Positions 1 through 8,183 of a stretch of DNA of 64,000 nt are shown one piece after another. Under the pieces are notes generated by a model. It was not told the origin of the DNA. It searched no databases and saw only the letters and a program-made list of their open reading frames with translations. Made by a program: the position numbers and the translations under genes. Numbering within the stretch: position 1 is the first letter of the stretch; each line of letters opens with the position of its first letter. Origin of the DNA: a bacterium (GTDB lineage: Bacteria > Zhuqueibacterota > Zhuqueibacteria > Residuimicrobiales > Krinioviventaceae); NCBI GenBank assembly GCA_963674595.2, contig CAXXFV010000015.1, forward strand, positions 288,001 through 352,000, written 5' to 3'.

Positions 1-478
1 CAACAATTTTTTTACCGTTGACAATAATTTCGTGTGTGTACCATTCATTATCCTGTGCGGGTGCTTCTTTAATATTAACAACATCGTACAAGCTCGCCGA
101 ACGTTTCCAGTCACTGTGGGAGTTGTTGACCTGTGATTCGTAACCTTTATTCGGCCAACCGTCCTGCTGATATTCGGTATGAAAATAAATCCCGGAATTT
201 GAACCTGGCGTGGTCATAACATCCGCTTTAAATTCGAAATTTTTGAAATTCGCGTTATTAACCTGACCGGTATAGAACAAATGGCTTCTTTTACCGTGCA
301 CTTTGATAGCACCATTTTCTACAGTAAAAGTGCCCTGATTTTCACTGGCTGTCCAGCCATCCAGATTTTCACCATTAAATAATGATACCCACTCCTGCTT
401 TGGGGCTTCCTGTTTTTGTTGTGCCTGACAACCTAAAATTGCTGAAATGATTAGAAACACCAACATCATTTTTTTCAT
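1..478 (-). CDS. DUF1080 (3-keto-disaccharide hydrolase-like) lipoprotein, 3' end outside window
   Basis: Not in the ORF track. Manual translation from ATG at 478 (RBS AGGAGG): MKKMMLVFLIISAILGC...WVSLFNGENLDGW...NFEFKADV...NSGIYFH...GYESQVNN, typical DUF1080 motifs with a lipobox. Confidence 0.88.
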   Translation of the reverse strand, partial: MKKMMLVFLIISAILGCQAQQKQEAPKQEWVSLFNGENLDGWTASENQGTFTVENGAIKVHGKRSHLFYTGQVNNANFKNFEFKADVMTTPGSNSGIYFHTEYQQDGWPNKGYESQVNNSHSDWKRSASLYDVVNIKEAPAQDNEWYTHEIIVNGKKIV

Positions 479-595
479 CTTGCGCCTCCTTGTGTTTTGG
501 TTGAAAGGAATTTAGAAACATGTCCCCGGAATTCCAAGCGATAAAATATCTTTTTTCTTTCCGGAGACCAGAGAGTTTCAAAATTTGTGGGGAGA

Positions 596-1300
596 TTAGG
601 GCTTCACCGCTCTTATGGTAACATAATCACCGCGATCATAACCGCTTGATGGTTGTTCTGAACGGTCGTTTGAATAAAGCGGGTGTGTGGTCAACGTCTG
701 TGCAAATTCAAGGTTTTGGAAGCCGACTTTTTTAACAAGCTCTATTTTTTCAGGTGTTGTCCGCCAATTGGCGCTGACGACAAATTCTATGGGGTAACTG
801 AATTCCGGCCGGATGTTTATCAACATATCATGGTCCCAGGAACCGGTGGTTTTGGCGAGATTATATAACATTGCATAGCTGCTTTCTTTGGGAACATCCG
901 CCACAACAATATAGCCGCCGGATTTTAAGGCGTTATAAGCGTGTGTAAAAGCTTTTTCCAAATCTGTAATATAGCTCGGTGTGCCGTTGAATAGGATTGT
1001 ATCAAATTCCTGATCACCAAAAATTGTATCTTCGGCGGTCCCGATTCTTACACTCATACCTCTTTTTTTAGCAATATCGGCCATGCTTTCAGAGGGCTCA
1101 ATACCCTCCTGAATTGTAATATTATATTCTTTTTTTAACAACATTTCAAACAAGCCGCTGCCGCAACCGATAGAAAGCGTTCTGCCGGGTTGTTTCAGGC
1201 TATGGGCAATCAACGCCAGTTCAGACGCCAGAACAGATTTGTTCTTTAAAAACCATTCATCATATTTTTCTGCATATTCATCAAAAGATCGATTATCCAT
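596..1300 (-). CDS. Class I SAM-dependent methyltransferase
   Basis: LSIGCGSG SAM-binding motif, GIEPS, FDTIL, ALKSGG; last gene of the thiamine operon. Confidence 0.88.
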   Translation of the reverse strand: MDNRSFDEYAEKYDEWFLKNKSVLASELALIAHSLKQPGRTLSIGCGSGLFEMLLKKEYNITIQEGIEPSESMADIAKKRGMSVRIGTAEDTIFGDQEFDTILFNGTPSYITDLEKAFTHAYNALKSGGYIVVADVPKESSYAMLYNLAKTTGSWDHDMLINIRPEFSYPIEFVVSANWRTTPEKIELVKKVGFQNLEFAQTLTTHPLYSNDRSEQPSSGYDRGDYVTIRAVKP

Positions 1301-1320
1301 TATATTTTCCTTTATATAAA

Positions 1321-2115
1321 TTACCAGGGACTTTTAACGTCTACGTTATGGTTTGTCGGGCCGTGTCCCTGACCAATATTCAATGATGTTTCGATGGCCC
1401 GTGAAATGAATTTTTTTGCTATGGTTATTGCTTCTATCGGCGAACGGCCTTTTGCCAGACTTGCGGCTATGGCCGATGAAAAGGTACATCCTGTTCCGTG
1501 TGTATTTTTTGTTTCAAAACGTGGTGATTCCAAAAGATGATATGATGAACCATCATAAACAATATCGATGGCGTCCTGATTGTCTTCCAAATGTCCGCCT
1601 TTAATAACCACCCAGGGGCATCCTGTTTCAGCAAGCTGAACGGCGGCTTCTTTCATATCACTCAATGTTTTTATTTTTCGGTCCAGCAAAACTTCCGCTT
1701 CATATAAATTGGGTGTCATGACTGTGGCCAGGGGCAAGAGATTGTCTTTAACTGCTTTTCGTGCTGATTCGGACAGTAACGAGTCACCACTTTTGGCAAT
1801 CATAACCGGATCAACGACAAGGTTTTTTAACTGAAATGTTTTTATTTGATCCGCTACAGCGTTTACAATTTCAGGTGTGGCAAGCATACCCGTTTTTACG
1901 GCATCAACACCGATATCCGTAGCAATACTTTTTATCTGTTCGATAATTATTTCAATGGGCAGTTCATGGACAGCCTGAACGCCGATGGTGTTTTGGGCTG
2001 TAATGGCCGTAATCGCAGACATGCCGAACACGCCGAACGCATGAAACGTTTTAAGATCAGCCTGAATTCCGGCACCGCCTCCGCTGTCTGAACCGGCTAT
2101 GGTTAGTGCTCTCAA
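1321..2115 (-). CDS. thiD: Hydroxymethylpyrimidine/phosphomethylpyrimidine kinase
   Basis: ALTIAGSDSGGGAGIQADLKTF, VVDPVM, TPNLYEA, THGTGCTFSSAIA, GHGP. Confidence 0.97.
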   Translation of the reverse strand: MRALTIAGSDSGGGAGIQADLKTFHAFGVFGMSAITAITAQNTIGVQAVHELPIEIIIEQIKSIATDIGVDAVKTGMLATPEIVNAVADQIKTFQLKNLVVDPVMIAKSGDSLLSESARKAVKDNLLPLATVMTPNLYEAEVLLDRKIKTLSDMKEAAVQLAETGCPWVVIKGGHLEDNQDAIDIVYDGSSYHLLESPRFETKNTHGTGCTFSSAIAASLAKGRSPIEAITIAKKFISRAIETSLNIGQGHGPTNHNVDVKSPW

Positions 2116-2126
2116 TTCTATCTCCT

Positions 2127-3143
2127 TTATTTAAAATGGTCCCAGCTATCTGGAAACAATTGTTGTTTGTTTTTATATTCGTCTACCAGCCACATTTTTT
2201 TATCAGAAATGATTGTTCCGATTTCCGTTAATTTTGTTTTTTTCGAAATCTCTTCTATTACAGATGCCGGAGTGTCCGGTTTAACCGTAAAGAGAAGTTG
2301 ATAATCTTCTCCGCCGTATAATGACCAGTTTAATGTATCTTTTGAAAGCAGGCTTGCCGCTTTGGTTAAAGAGTTCGATATCGGCAATTTATTTTGATAA
2401 ATTTGCGCCCCGACGCCGCTGCTTTTACACAGATGCATTAAATCACCGGCCAGGCCGTCACTGATGTCCAGCATGGCTGTTACATATCCGGACAGGGCCA
2501 ATTGGCGACCCGTCTGCATTTGCGGTTGAGGGAGCAAATGTGCCTCAACAAGTTCCGGAAAAGTGATCCTTAGCGCCGTGTTTTCGTTTTCCAGAATTGA
2601 AAATCCGGCGGCTGATGATCCCAAATGGCCGGTAACAAAAATACGGTCACCGGGTTGGGCGCCTTTCCTGTAAATTATATTTGAGGCTTCAACTTCACCT
2701 AACAGAAAAATATCGATGATTATAATATCACTGGATTTTGAAAGATTGCCTCCGATGATATGTCCTCCGGTTTCGCCGATTTGGTCACATAGACCTTTGT
2801 ATAATTGCTCAAAATGTTCTGTTTTTATATTCGGAGGTATGCCCAATGAAACAAGCGCAAAAAGCGGTGTGCCGCCCATTGAGGCAATATCACTCAAGTT
2901 GACGGCCATGGCGCGTCTGCCCAGATTATAATGTGTTGTGTTTTCAATACGAAAATGTGTGTTCTGAATTTGAATGTCACAGGTGGCAATATAATAGACA
3001 GAATCATTTTTTTTGAAAACAGCCGTATCGTCACCGATACTGAGGACCACATCCGGGTGAACAGTATTTGGTACGATTTTTTGAATCCGTTCGATCAGGC
3101 CGAATTCACCAATATCCGTAACGGTTGTTTGTTTTTTGATCAC
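2127..3143 (-). CDS. thiL: Thiamine-phosphate kinase
   Basis: GEFGLI, IGDDTAV, NLSDIASMGG, DISDGL, GGEDYQLLFT, C-terminal WDHF. Confidence 0.95.
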   Translation of the reverse strand: MIKKQTTVTDIGEFGLIERIQKIVPNTVHPDVVLSIGDDTAVFKKNDSVYYIATCDIQIQNTHFRIENTTHYNLGRRAMAVNLSDIASMGGTPLFALVSLGIPPNIKTEHFEQLYKGLCDQIGETGGHIIGGNLSKSSDIIIIDIFLLGEVEASNIIYRKGAQPGDRIFVTGHLGSSAAGFSILENENTALRITFPELVEAHLLPQPQMQTGRQLALSGYVTAMLDISDGLAGDLMHLCKSSGVGAQIYQNKLPISNSLTKAASLLSKDTLNWSLYGGEDYQLLFTVKPDTPASVIEEISKKTKLTEIGTIISDKKMWLVDEYKNKQQLFPDSWDHFK

Positions 3144-3811
3144 AATTTATTCCTGACATTTTGGATGGTGCTGTTCAGATATTCTGTTGCCTCTTTGATA
3201 TTATCAGCCGCAACAATACAGGAAACCACAGCCGCGCAATCCGCACCGTGATGTAAAACATCGGCAATGTTTTGCGGATTAATGCCGCCGATAGCCACAA
3301 TCGGGATATGACAGTTTTGTCTAACCTGTGTTAGCAGCGATAAACCAAGCGGCGCTTTGGCATCCGGTTTGGTGCCTCGTGCTTCGTAAACAGGACCAAC
3401 ACCCAAATAATCTCCCCCGTCTTTTTCCGCCTGGATCGCTTCCTCAAGCGTGGTTGCCGAAACACCGAGAATCATATTATCCGGTAAAAGTTTTCTGGCG
3501 ACAGATGCGGGCAAGTCATCCTGACCGACATGCAAACCGTCGGCCTGACAGGCCAGGGCAATATCCAGCCTGTCGTTTATTATAAACGTTTTTTTACAGG
3601 ATCGGGTCAATTCACGAATTTTTATCGCCTGTTCATACAGTTTTTTTGAACTTGCATTTTTGTCCCGGAGCTGGATAACATCCGCACCACCGGCCAGGGC
3701 CTGTTCAGCAACCTCTATATGCGAACGTCCTTTTGATAACACATCATCTGTTACAAGATATATCCGCCAGTTTTTAATCTGGTTTATATCTACTCTACTA
3801 TTGTCGACCAT
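3140..3811 (-). CDS. thiE: Thiamine-phosphate synthase
   Basis: IYLVTD, QLRDK, INDRLDIA, GLHVGQDD, DYLGVGPVY, VAIGGI. Confidence 0.96.
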   Translation of the reverse strand: MVDNSRVDINQIKNWRIYLVTDDVLSKGRSHIEVAEQALAGGADVIQLRDKNASSKKLYEQAIKIRELTRSCKKTFIINDRLDIALACQADGLHVGQDDLPASVARKLLPDNMILGVSATTLEEAIQAEKDGGDYLGVGPVYEARGTKPDAKAPLGLSLLTQVRQNCHIPIVAIGGINPQNIADVLHHGADCAAVVSCIVAADNIKEATEYLNSTIQNVRNKL

Positions 3812-4470
3812 AATTCTTTCTTCCAGCTCATTTCAAAAAACAACAGTTCGAAACGGGCGCTTTTGGTGTATGATTTTTGCCAGAGTGCTTTATCATTTTC
3901 TGATGCGTTTACAGCAAAGGTGTTTAATTTTTCGATCAACATATCAGCATAATCGACAAACTCGGGCGCTGAGTATAGCTCAATCCATTCCCTGTAATGG
4001 GGATGGTCGGGCAGTCCTTTTTCTTTTAACTTTTGTGCAATTTCTACATAACCCACAGCACATGGCGTTAGAATTGTAATAATTTCTTTTATAGAACCTT
4101 CGTAACAGGTCCTGATAAGAAAATCAGTATAGGCGGCCGTAATCATTGCCTGAGGGGTATTTTCAAGCTCGATGTCTGTAATACCGAAATCGGCACACGT
4201 ACGACGGTGCAGTTCCATTTCCGTGTTTAATGTAAGATTTAAAAGTTCGGCAAAATAGGCCATATCTTTAAAGTTTTGGGCTTTAACACTTGCCAGTCCA
4301 AATACACGGCTGAATTCGATCAGGTATAAATAATCCTGTTTTAAATAAAACACAAATTTTGACGGATCAAGCGTGCCGGCTCCAATTTCCTTTACAAAGG
4401 GATGTGAATGGACTTTATCCCACAGTTCGTCTGTGTCTTTTCGCAGTTTTTGATAAAATTGTAGAGACAT
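3790..4470 (-). CDS. tenA: Thiaminase II / aminopyrimidine aminohydrolase
   Basis: HPFV..IG.GTL, YLKQDYLYL, EMELH, catalytic PC, WIELY, FELLFF. Confidence 0.93.
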   Translation of the reverse strand: MSLQFYQKLRKDTDELWDKVHSHPFVKEIGAGTLDPSKFVFYLKQDYLYLIEFSRVFGLASVKAQNFKDMAYFAELLNLTLNTEMELHRRTCADFGITDIELENTPQAMITAAYTDFLIRTCYEGSIKEIITILTPCAVGYVEIAQKLKEKGLPDHPHYREWIELYSAPEFVDYADMLIEKLNTFAVNASENDKALWQKSYTKSARFELLFFEMSWKKELWSTIVE

Positions 4471-4485
4471 TTTTCTGCCTTTATT

Positions 4486-5541
4486 TTAATTTGATGCAGC
4501 CTTACCAAATGCTTCCCAGAAAGGATCCACTCTGGGGTGAACCAGTTCATGTTTAACATTATTTTCAAAAACATTCATTCCTTCGGCCTTATCCACAACT
4601 TCACCGACAATACTGGCGGCAATTCCGTTATCTTTGAGGCGATCAATGACTTCCCGGGCCTTGTGCGGACGGCAGGTGGCAAGGAGCGTTCCTTCACTGA
4701 TGGAACTGTAGGGATCGATATTATACATTTGGCATATTTTATCTACTTTATCATCCAAAATAATTTTTTCCTTATCAATGACCATACCCACCTTTGACGC
4801 CTGTGCTATTTCAAACAATCCACCCCAGACGCCGCATTCAGTTGCATCGTGCATGGTGGTAATGCCGTTTTCGCGTACACCGACAGAAGCCGCAATCATG
4901 GCATCATCAACAACAGACATTTGCCAAAATATTTCTTCAGCATTTTTAGAAAATTCTTGCCCATATTTTTCGGCAATTTTATTTGGGAATGTAACTGCAA
5001 ACAAACCGGCAGCTTCAATAGCTGCGCCCTTGGTAACGATAACAGCATCACCGGGTTGTGCCATTGTTGGTGTAACATATTTATCTTTTGGGCCCACACA
5101 AATAATCGTGGCTCCGCCGATCATCGGATACTCACAGCCTTCGTATCGACCGGTGTGCCCGGAAATTACGGCCATACCGATTTTTTCACATTCTCTGTGC
5201 ATGACTGTCCACAGCGTTTCAAATTGATCACGTGTCATGGAAAGTGGTAAATTTAAATCGATCGTCATATATGAAGGCGCAAGGCCGGATGTAACAGCGT
5301 CAGATGCTAAAATATGAATGGCAAACCAGGCGGACCGTTCCCAGCCATAAGGCGGCACAACAAAAACCGGGTCAGTAGTTGTTGCCATAACTTGATTGTT
5401 GCCAAGGTCGGTAATGCCGACATCTACCCCATGCTGAGGCCCGACAAGTACTTCGGGTCTTTTTTTGCCCAGGTGCCGCAGTATAACTTGATCAAAAATT
5501 TCAGGTGAAATTTTTCCTATATCTGGTAAATCTGATTTCAT
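4486..5541 (-). CDS. AIR synthase (PurM/HypE/ThiL/SelD) superfamily protein, first gene of the TPP-regulated operon
   Basis: GKI, VGP..GVD, TTDP, SDAVTSG, GHT, MHDATECGVWGGL.E, ISEGTLL. Confidence 0.85.
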   Translation of the reverse strand: MKSDLPDIGKISPEIFDQVILRHLGKKRPEVLVGPQHGVDVGITDLGNNQVMATTTDPVFVVPPYGWERSAWFAIHILASDAVTSGLAPSYMTIDLNLPLSMTRDQFETLWTVMHRECEKIGMAVISGHTGRYEGCEYPMIGGATIICVGPKDKYVTPTMAQPGDAVIVTKGAAIEAAGLFAVTFPNKIAEKYGQEFSKNAEEIFWQMSVVDDAMIAASVGVRENGITTMHDATECGVWGGLFEIAQASKVGMVIDKEKIILDDKVDKICQMYNIDPYSSISEGTLLATCRPHKAREVIDRLKDNGIAASIVGEVVDKAEGMNVFENNVKHELVHPRVDPFWEAFGKAASN

Positions 5542-5565
5542 AAGTAACCTTTCTTTGTATAAAAT

Positions 5566-5603
5566 AAAAAAACCGTTCCAGCGTACGAAAGAACGGTTTT
5601 TTT
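5566..5603 (-). terminator. Intrinsic terminator (expression platform of the TPP riboswitch)
   Basis: Minus strand AAAAAAACCGTTC-loop-GAACGGTTTTTTT, between the aptamer and the first ATG. Confidence 0.85.
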
Positions 5604-5635
5604 ATACAAATAGAAATTGTATTTGAAAAATATGT

Positions 5636-5712
5636 TCTGTTTTCCTACGCTGGTATTATCCAGTTCAGGTCCAAAGGATATAATCTCAGGTCTTTCGACC
5701 ACTCCTAACCGA
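5636..5712 (-). ncRNA. TPP riboswitch aptamer
   Basis: Minus strand GGAGTG-GTCGAAAGAC-CTGAGA...ACCTGAACTGGATAATACCAGCGTAGGAA matches the THI-element consensus; upstream of thi genes. Confidence 0.95.
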
Positions 5713-5717
5713 AAAAG

Positions 5718-5746
5718 AATATAAAAAAGAAATGAATACAGGTCAA
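5718..5746 (-). promoter_or_regulatory. sigma70-like promoter of the thiamine operon
   Basis: TTGACC-17 nt-TATATT on the minus strand immediately before the aptamer. Confidence 0.7.
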
Positions 5747-5775
5747 CTGTTATTTCACGTCTTTTGAAAAAGACG

Positions 5776-8007
5776 TCAACTGCAACTAAAATCAGGGTGA
5801 ATGGATTTTTCTAAAAAGACGTAAACATCACCCATTTCCATATTCAGATCATGTTGTTGTGCGAGTTTGTTGCCTTGCAGTTCAACCATTGGTTTGTGTA
5901 AAATAAGAGACCGTTTACCGGATGATGTGGCAACTATCATAATGGCATCTTCCGTTCCTGCAACCTGGTCCGCTCTATCGCTCCATAGATTCACACTGGC
6001 TTCACCTGCCAGCCAGCGCAGGATTTCAACAGGCACAGGCGCTGTGCCGACATAAACAGACGTCCAGCCGTTCATTTGTTTTTTAGCAAAGGCAATAGAA
6101 TTATCGTCCTGCCATACACCCAGTATTGTACAATCTGAATTTATCACGGAAAATCGTGGTGCTCTTTGTTCATCGATGCCAAAGAGAGAGGGAATGTTTT
6201 CCGTATATGATTGAATTGCCGGTCGAATGAACAACGATTTGGGATTATTATTAACAGAGAAAGAAAAGCCCGTTAATTTTTGCATCTGTTCTAGATTAAT
6301 TCCGTTTGGATGAACAAATCCCGGGGCGTAATACCAGACAACCGTTGTTTGGCTGTTTTCAAGCATATTATGTATGTGGTTTATTTCATGTTCGTCCATA
6401 TAAAAATGGTTGATCATCAGTAAAAGCTGATATTTTTTCATGTCTGATTTTCCAAGATCAAAGCGATACATGAAATCCACGGGCGCTCCTATCCGATGAA
6501 TCGCCCTGACCTGGGCGTCCATATACCAGTGGCTAAAAAAGTCCATATTATGAGAACCTTTTTTAAAGGGGGCCTCTGCTTGCCAGTAGCGTGTTACAAA
6601 GTAACTTTTGGCGTCATAAATTGCAGCTATTTCGGAGCAGGATGACAAATTCCGCGTTTTGATAAATTGACCTGTTTTAATAAACAGGGTTAAAAGTTTT
6701 TTGATGCTTTTTTCGTCAAACCAGCTTTTATTAAGAGATACAGCCGGTCCGAAATCAAACAACCAGCCGCCGTTGCCTTTTACAAACTGTTGGGCCATGT
6801 CCCGTTTTAAAATTTTTAGGGTCCCTTCTCTGGTGTCACAACCGGTACCGCCAATTTTATAAAACTCACGGTCTATATCATGAATATCCGGCTCATTTGG
6901 AGATTGCGGCCATTTTTGTAAATAGGTGCTTGCATCCAGTTCCACAAAATACATTTTGTTGTGTCTTTTTAATGATTCCAGCAAAACGCGGTACCCTCCG
7001 TCGCCGGCGACACCCCGTGACCTTCCCAGCCAATTATCAGCATCATCGTAAACATCATGTTCCCATGCTGGTTTGTCGGGTTTATTAGTCGTTTGATAGG
7101 AATAGGGACTGGCCAGAAAATCAATGTCCGGGCAGTTTAAGATGATTTCCGGGGCCAAATGCCCGCCGTCATGCATCCATACATTTTCCAGTTGATAACC
7201 GTAAAACACACCACATAAAACACGATTTTTTGTTTTTTCTTTCAAGAGTCGGGCAAGCTTGATAATTGTGCCGGCACAAATTTCTTTATGAAATTTTTTA
7301 TAATATTGTATGACTTCTGTTTCCTGGGCCGGATCACGAAAGAGTCCACAAGAGGTATATAACCTTTTTTCCAATGTGGGGACGTAGCCGATTTTTTCTT
7401 TCATTGCATCACTAAAATCAGGAACAAATTCGGAAAGAAAATAGTGCCATTCGCCATAAATACCAGCACCGATTTGATAACCGATGATACGGTCAGCATA
7501 ATCTGATGATTCAAAATGTTCAAGGAAACTGGAAAATAATGTTAACATATCGCCCTGCCACTGGTTGGAGGCGAATGATGGTTCCTGTGTTTGAATGCCC
7601 CATAACCAGCCGCCCTCTTTATTTTCTCGTACAGGACGATATTGCCGGTCATCTTTGGGTTTGGTTGGTAAAGCACATTTTATCAATTCATGCGGATATT
7701 TTTCTTTCCACCATAAAGGCACATCAAAAAGGATTCGGGGAAGAAATAGGGCGTTGGGATCTGTTTTTAACAGATTTTTAAGTAAAGTTTCAAATGCTGT
7801 AAAGTTATAATGGTCCGGATTTTCCCAGGCTTTATTCATACCAAATACAGGATGTAAAAGATGGATATTTAATTCTTTAAACACCTGTCCGCTTTTTTTG
7901 AAACTCCAGCTCCATGCCAGCAAGGGGTAAACAGATTGGTTGTTAATAACCAATTCAGGTGCACCATTTATATTCCTGATGAAATTTTTTGTTTTTGAGA
8001 TATCCAT
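5776..8007 (-). CDS. Putative glycoside hydrolase (GH-A clan, beta-galactosidase/GH42-like)
   Basis: Y.F..F..., PRI...P.WW, SFAS, IIGYQIGAG..GEW, DFLASPYSY, putative E nucleophile (YFVELD), C-terminal trimerisation-like domain; no signal peptide. Confidence 0.6.
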   Translation of the reverse strand: MDISKTKNFIRNINGAPELVINNQSVYPLLAWSWSFKKSGQVFKELNIHLLHPVFGMNKAWENPDHYNFTAFETLLKNLLKTDPNALFLPRILFDVPLWWKEKYPHELIKCALPTKPKDDRQYRPVRENKEGGWLWGIQTQEPSFASNQWQGDMLTLFSSFLEHFESSDYADRIIGYQIGAGIYGEWHYFLSEFVPDFSDAMKEKIGYVPTLEKRLYTSCGLFRDPAQETEVIQYYKKFHKEICAGTIIKLARLLKEKTKNRVLCGVFYGYQLENVWMHDGGHLAPEIILNCPDIDFLASPYSYQTTNKPDKPAWEHDVYDDADNWLGRSRGVAGDGGYRVLLESLKRHNKMYFVELDASTYLQKWPQSPNEPDIHDIDREFYKIGGTGCDTREGTLKILKRDMAQQFVKGNGGWLFDFGPAVSLNKSWFDEKSIKKLLTLFIKTGQFIKTRNLSSCSEIAAIYDAKSYFVTRYWQAEAPFKKGSHNMDFFSHWYMDAQVRAIHRIGAPVDFMYRFDLGKSDMKKYQLLLMINHFYMDEHEINHIHNMLENSQTTVVWYYAPGFVHPNGINLEQMQKLTGFSFSVNNNPKSLFIRPAIQSYTENIPSLFGIDEQRAPRFSVINSDCTILGVWQDDNSIAFAKKQMNGWTSVYVGTAPVPVEILRWLAGEASVNLWSDRADQVAGTEDAIMIVATSSGKRSLILHKPMVELQGNKLAQQHDLNMEMGDVYVFLEKSIHPDFSCS

Positions 8008-8183
8008 ACGCCTTTTTACTCCTTTTTATTCGATATGGTAATATAATAAAGTTAAAATTTTTTAAAAATGTTGCGTAAATAAATTTTTAATAATATATTA
8101 AAAACTAAAATCCATCCAGGTTGTGGTGTTATGTCCTGAAACGTTCATACTTTTTACCGAATCCGAATTGCAGAGGAGTGCAG

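Noticed and set aside
375-581. 68-aa minus-strand ORF in the track
   Set aside because: Overlaps, out of frame, the real DUF1080 gene that starts at 478 with a good RBS.
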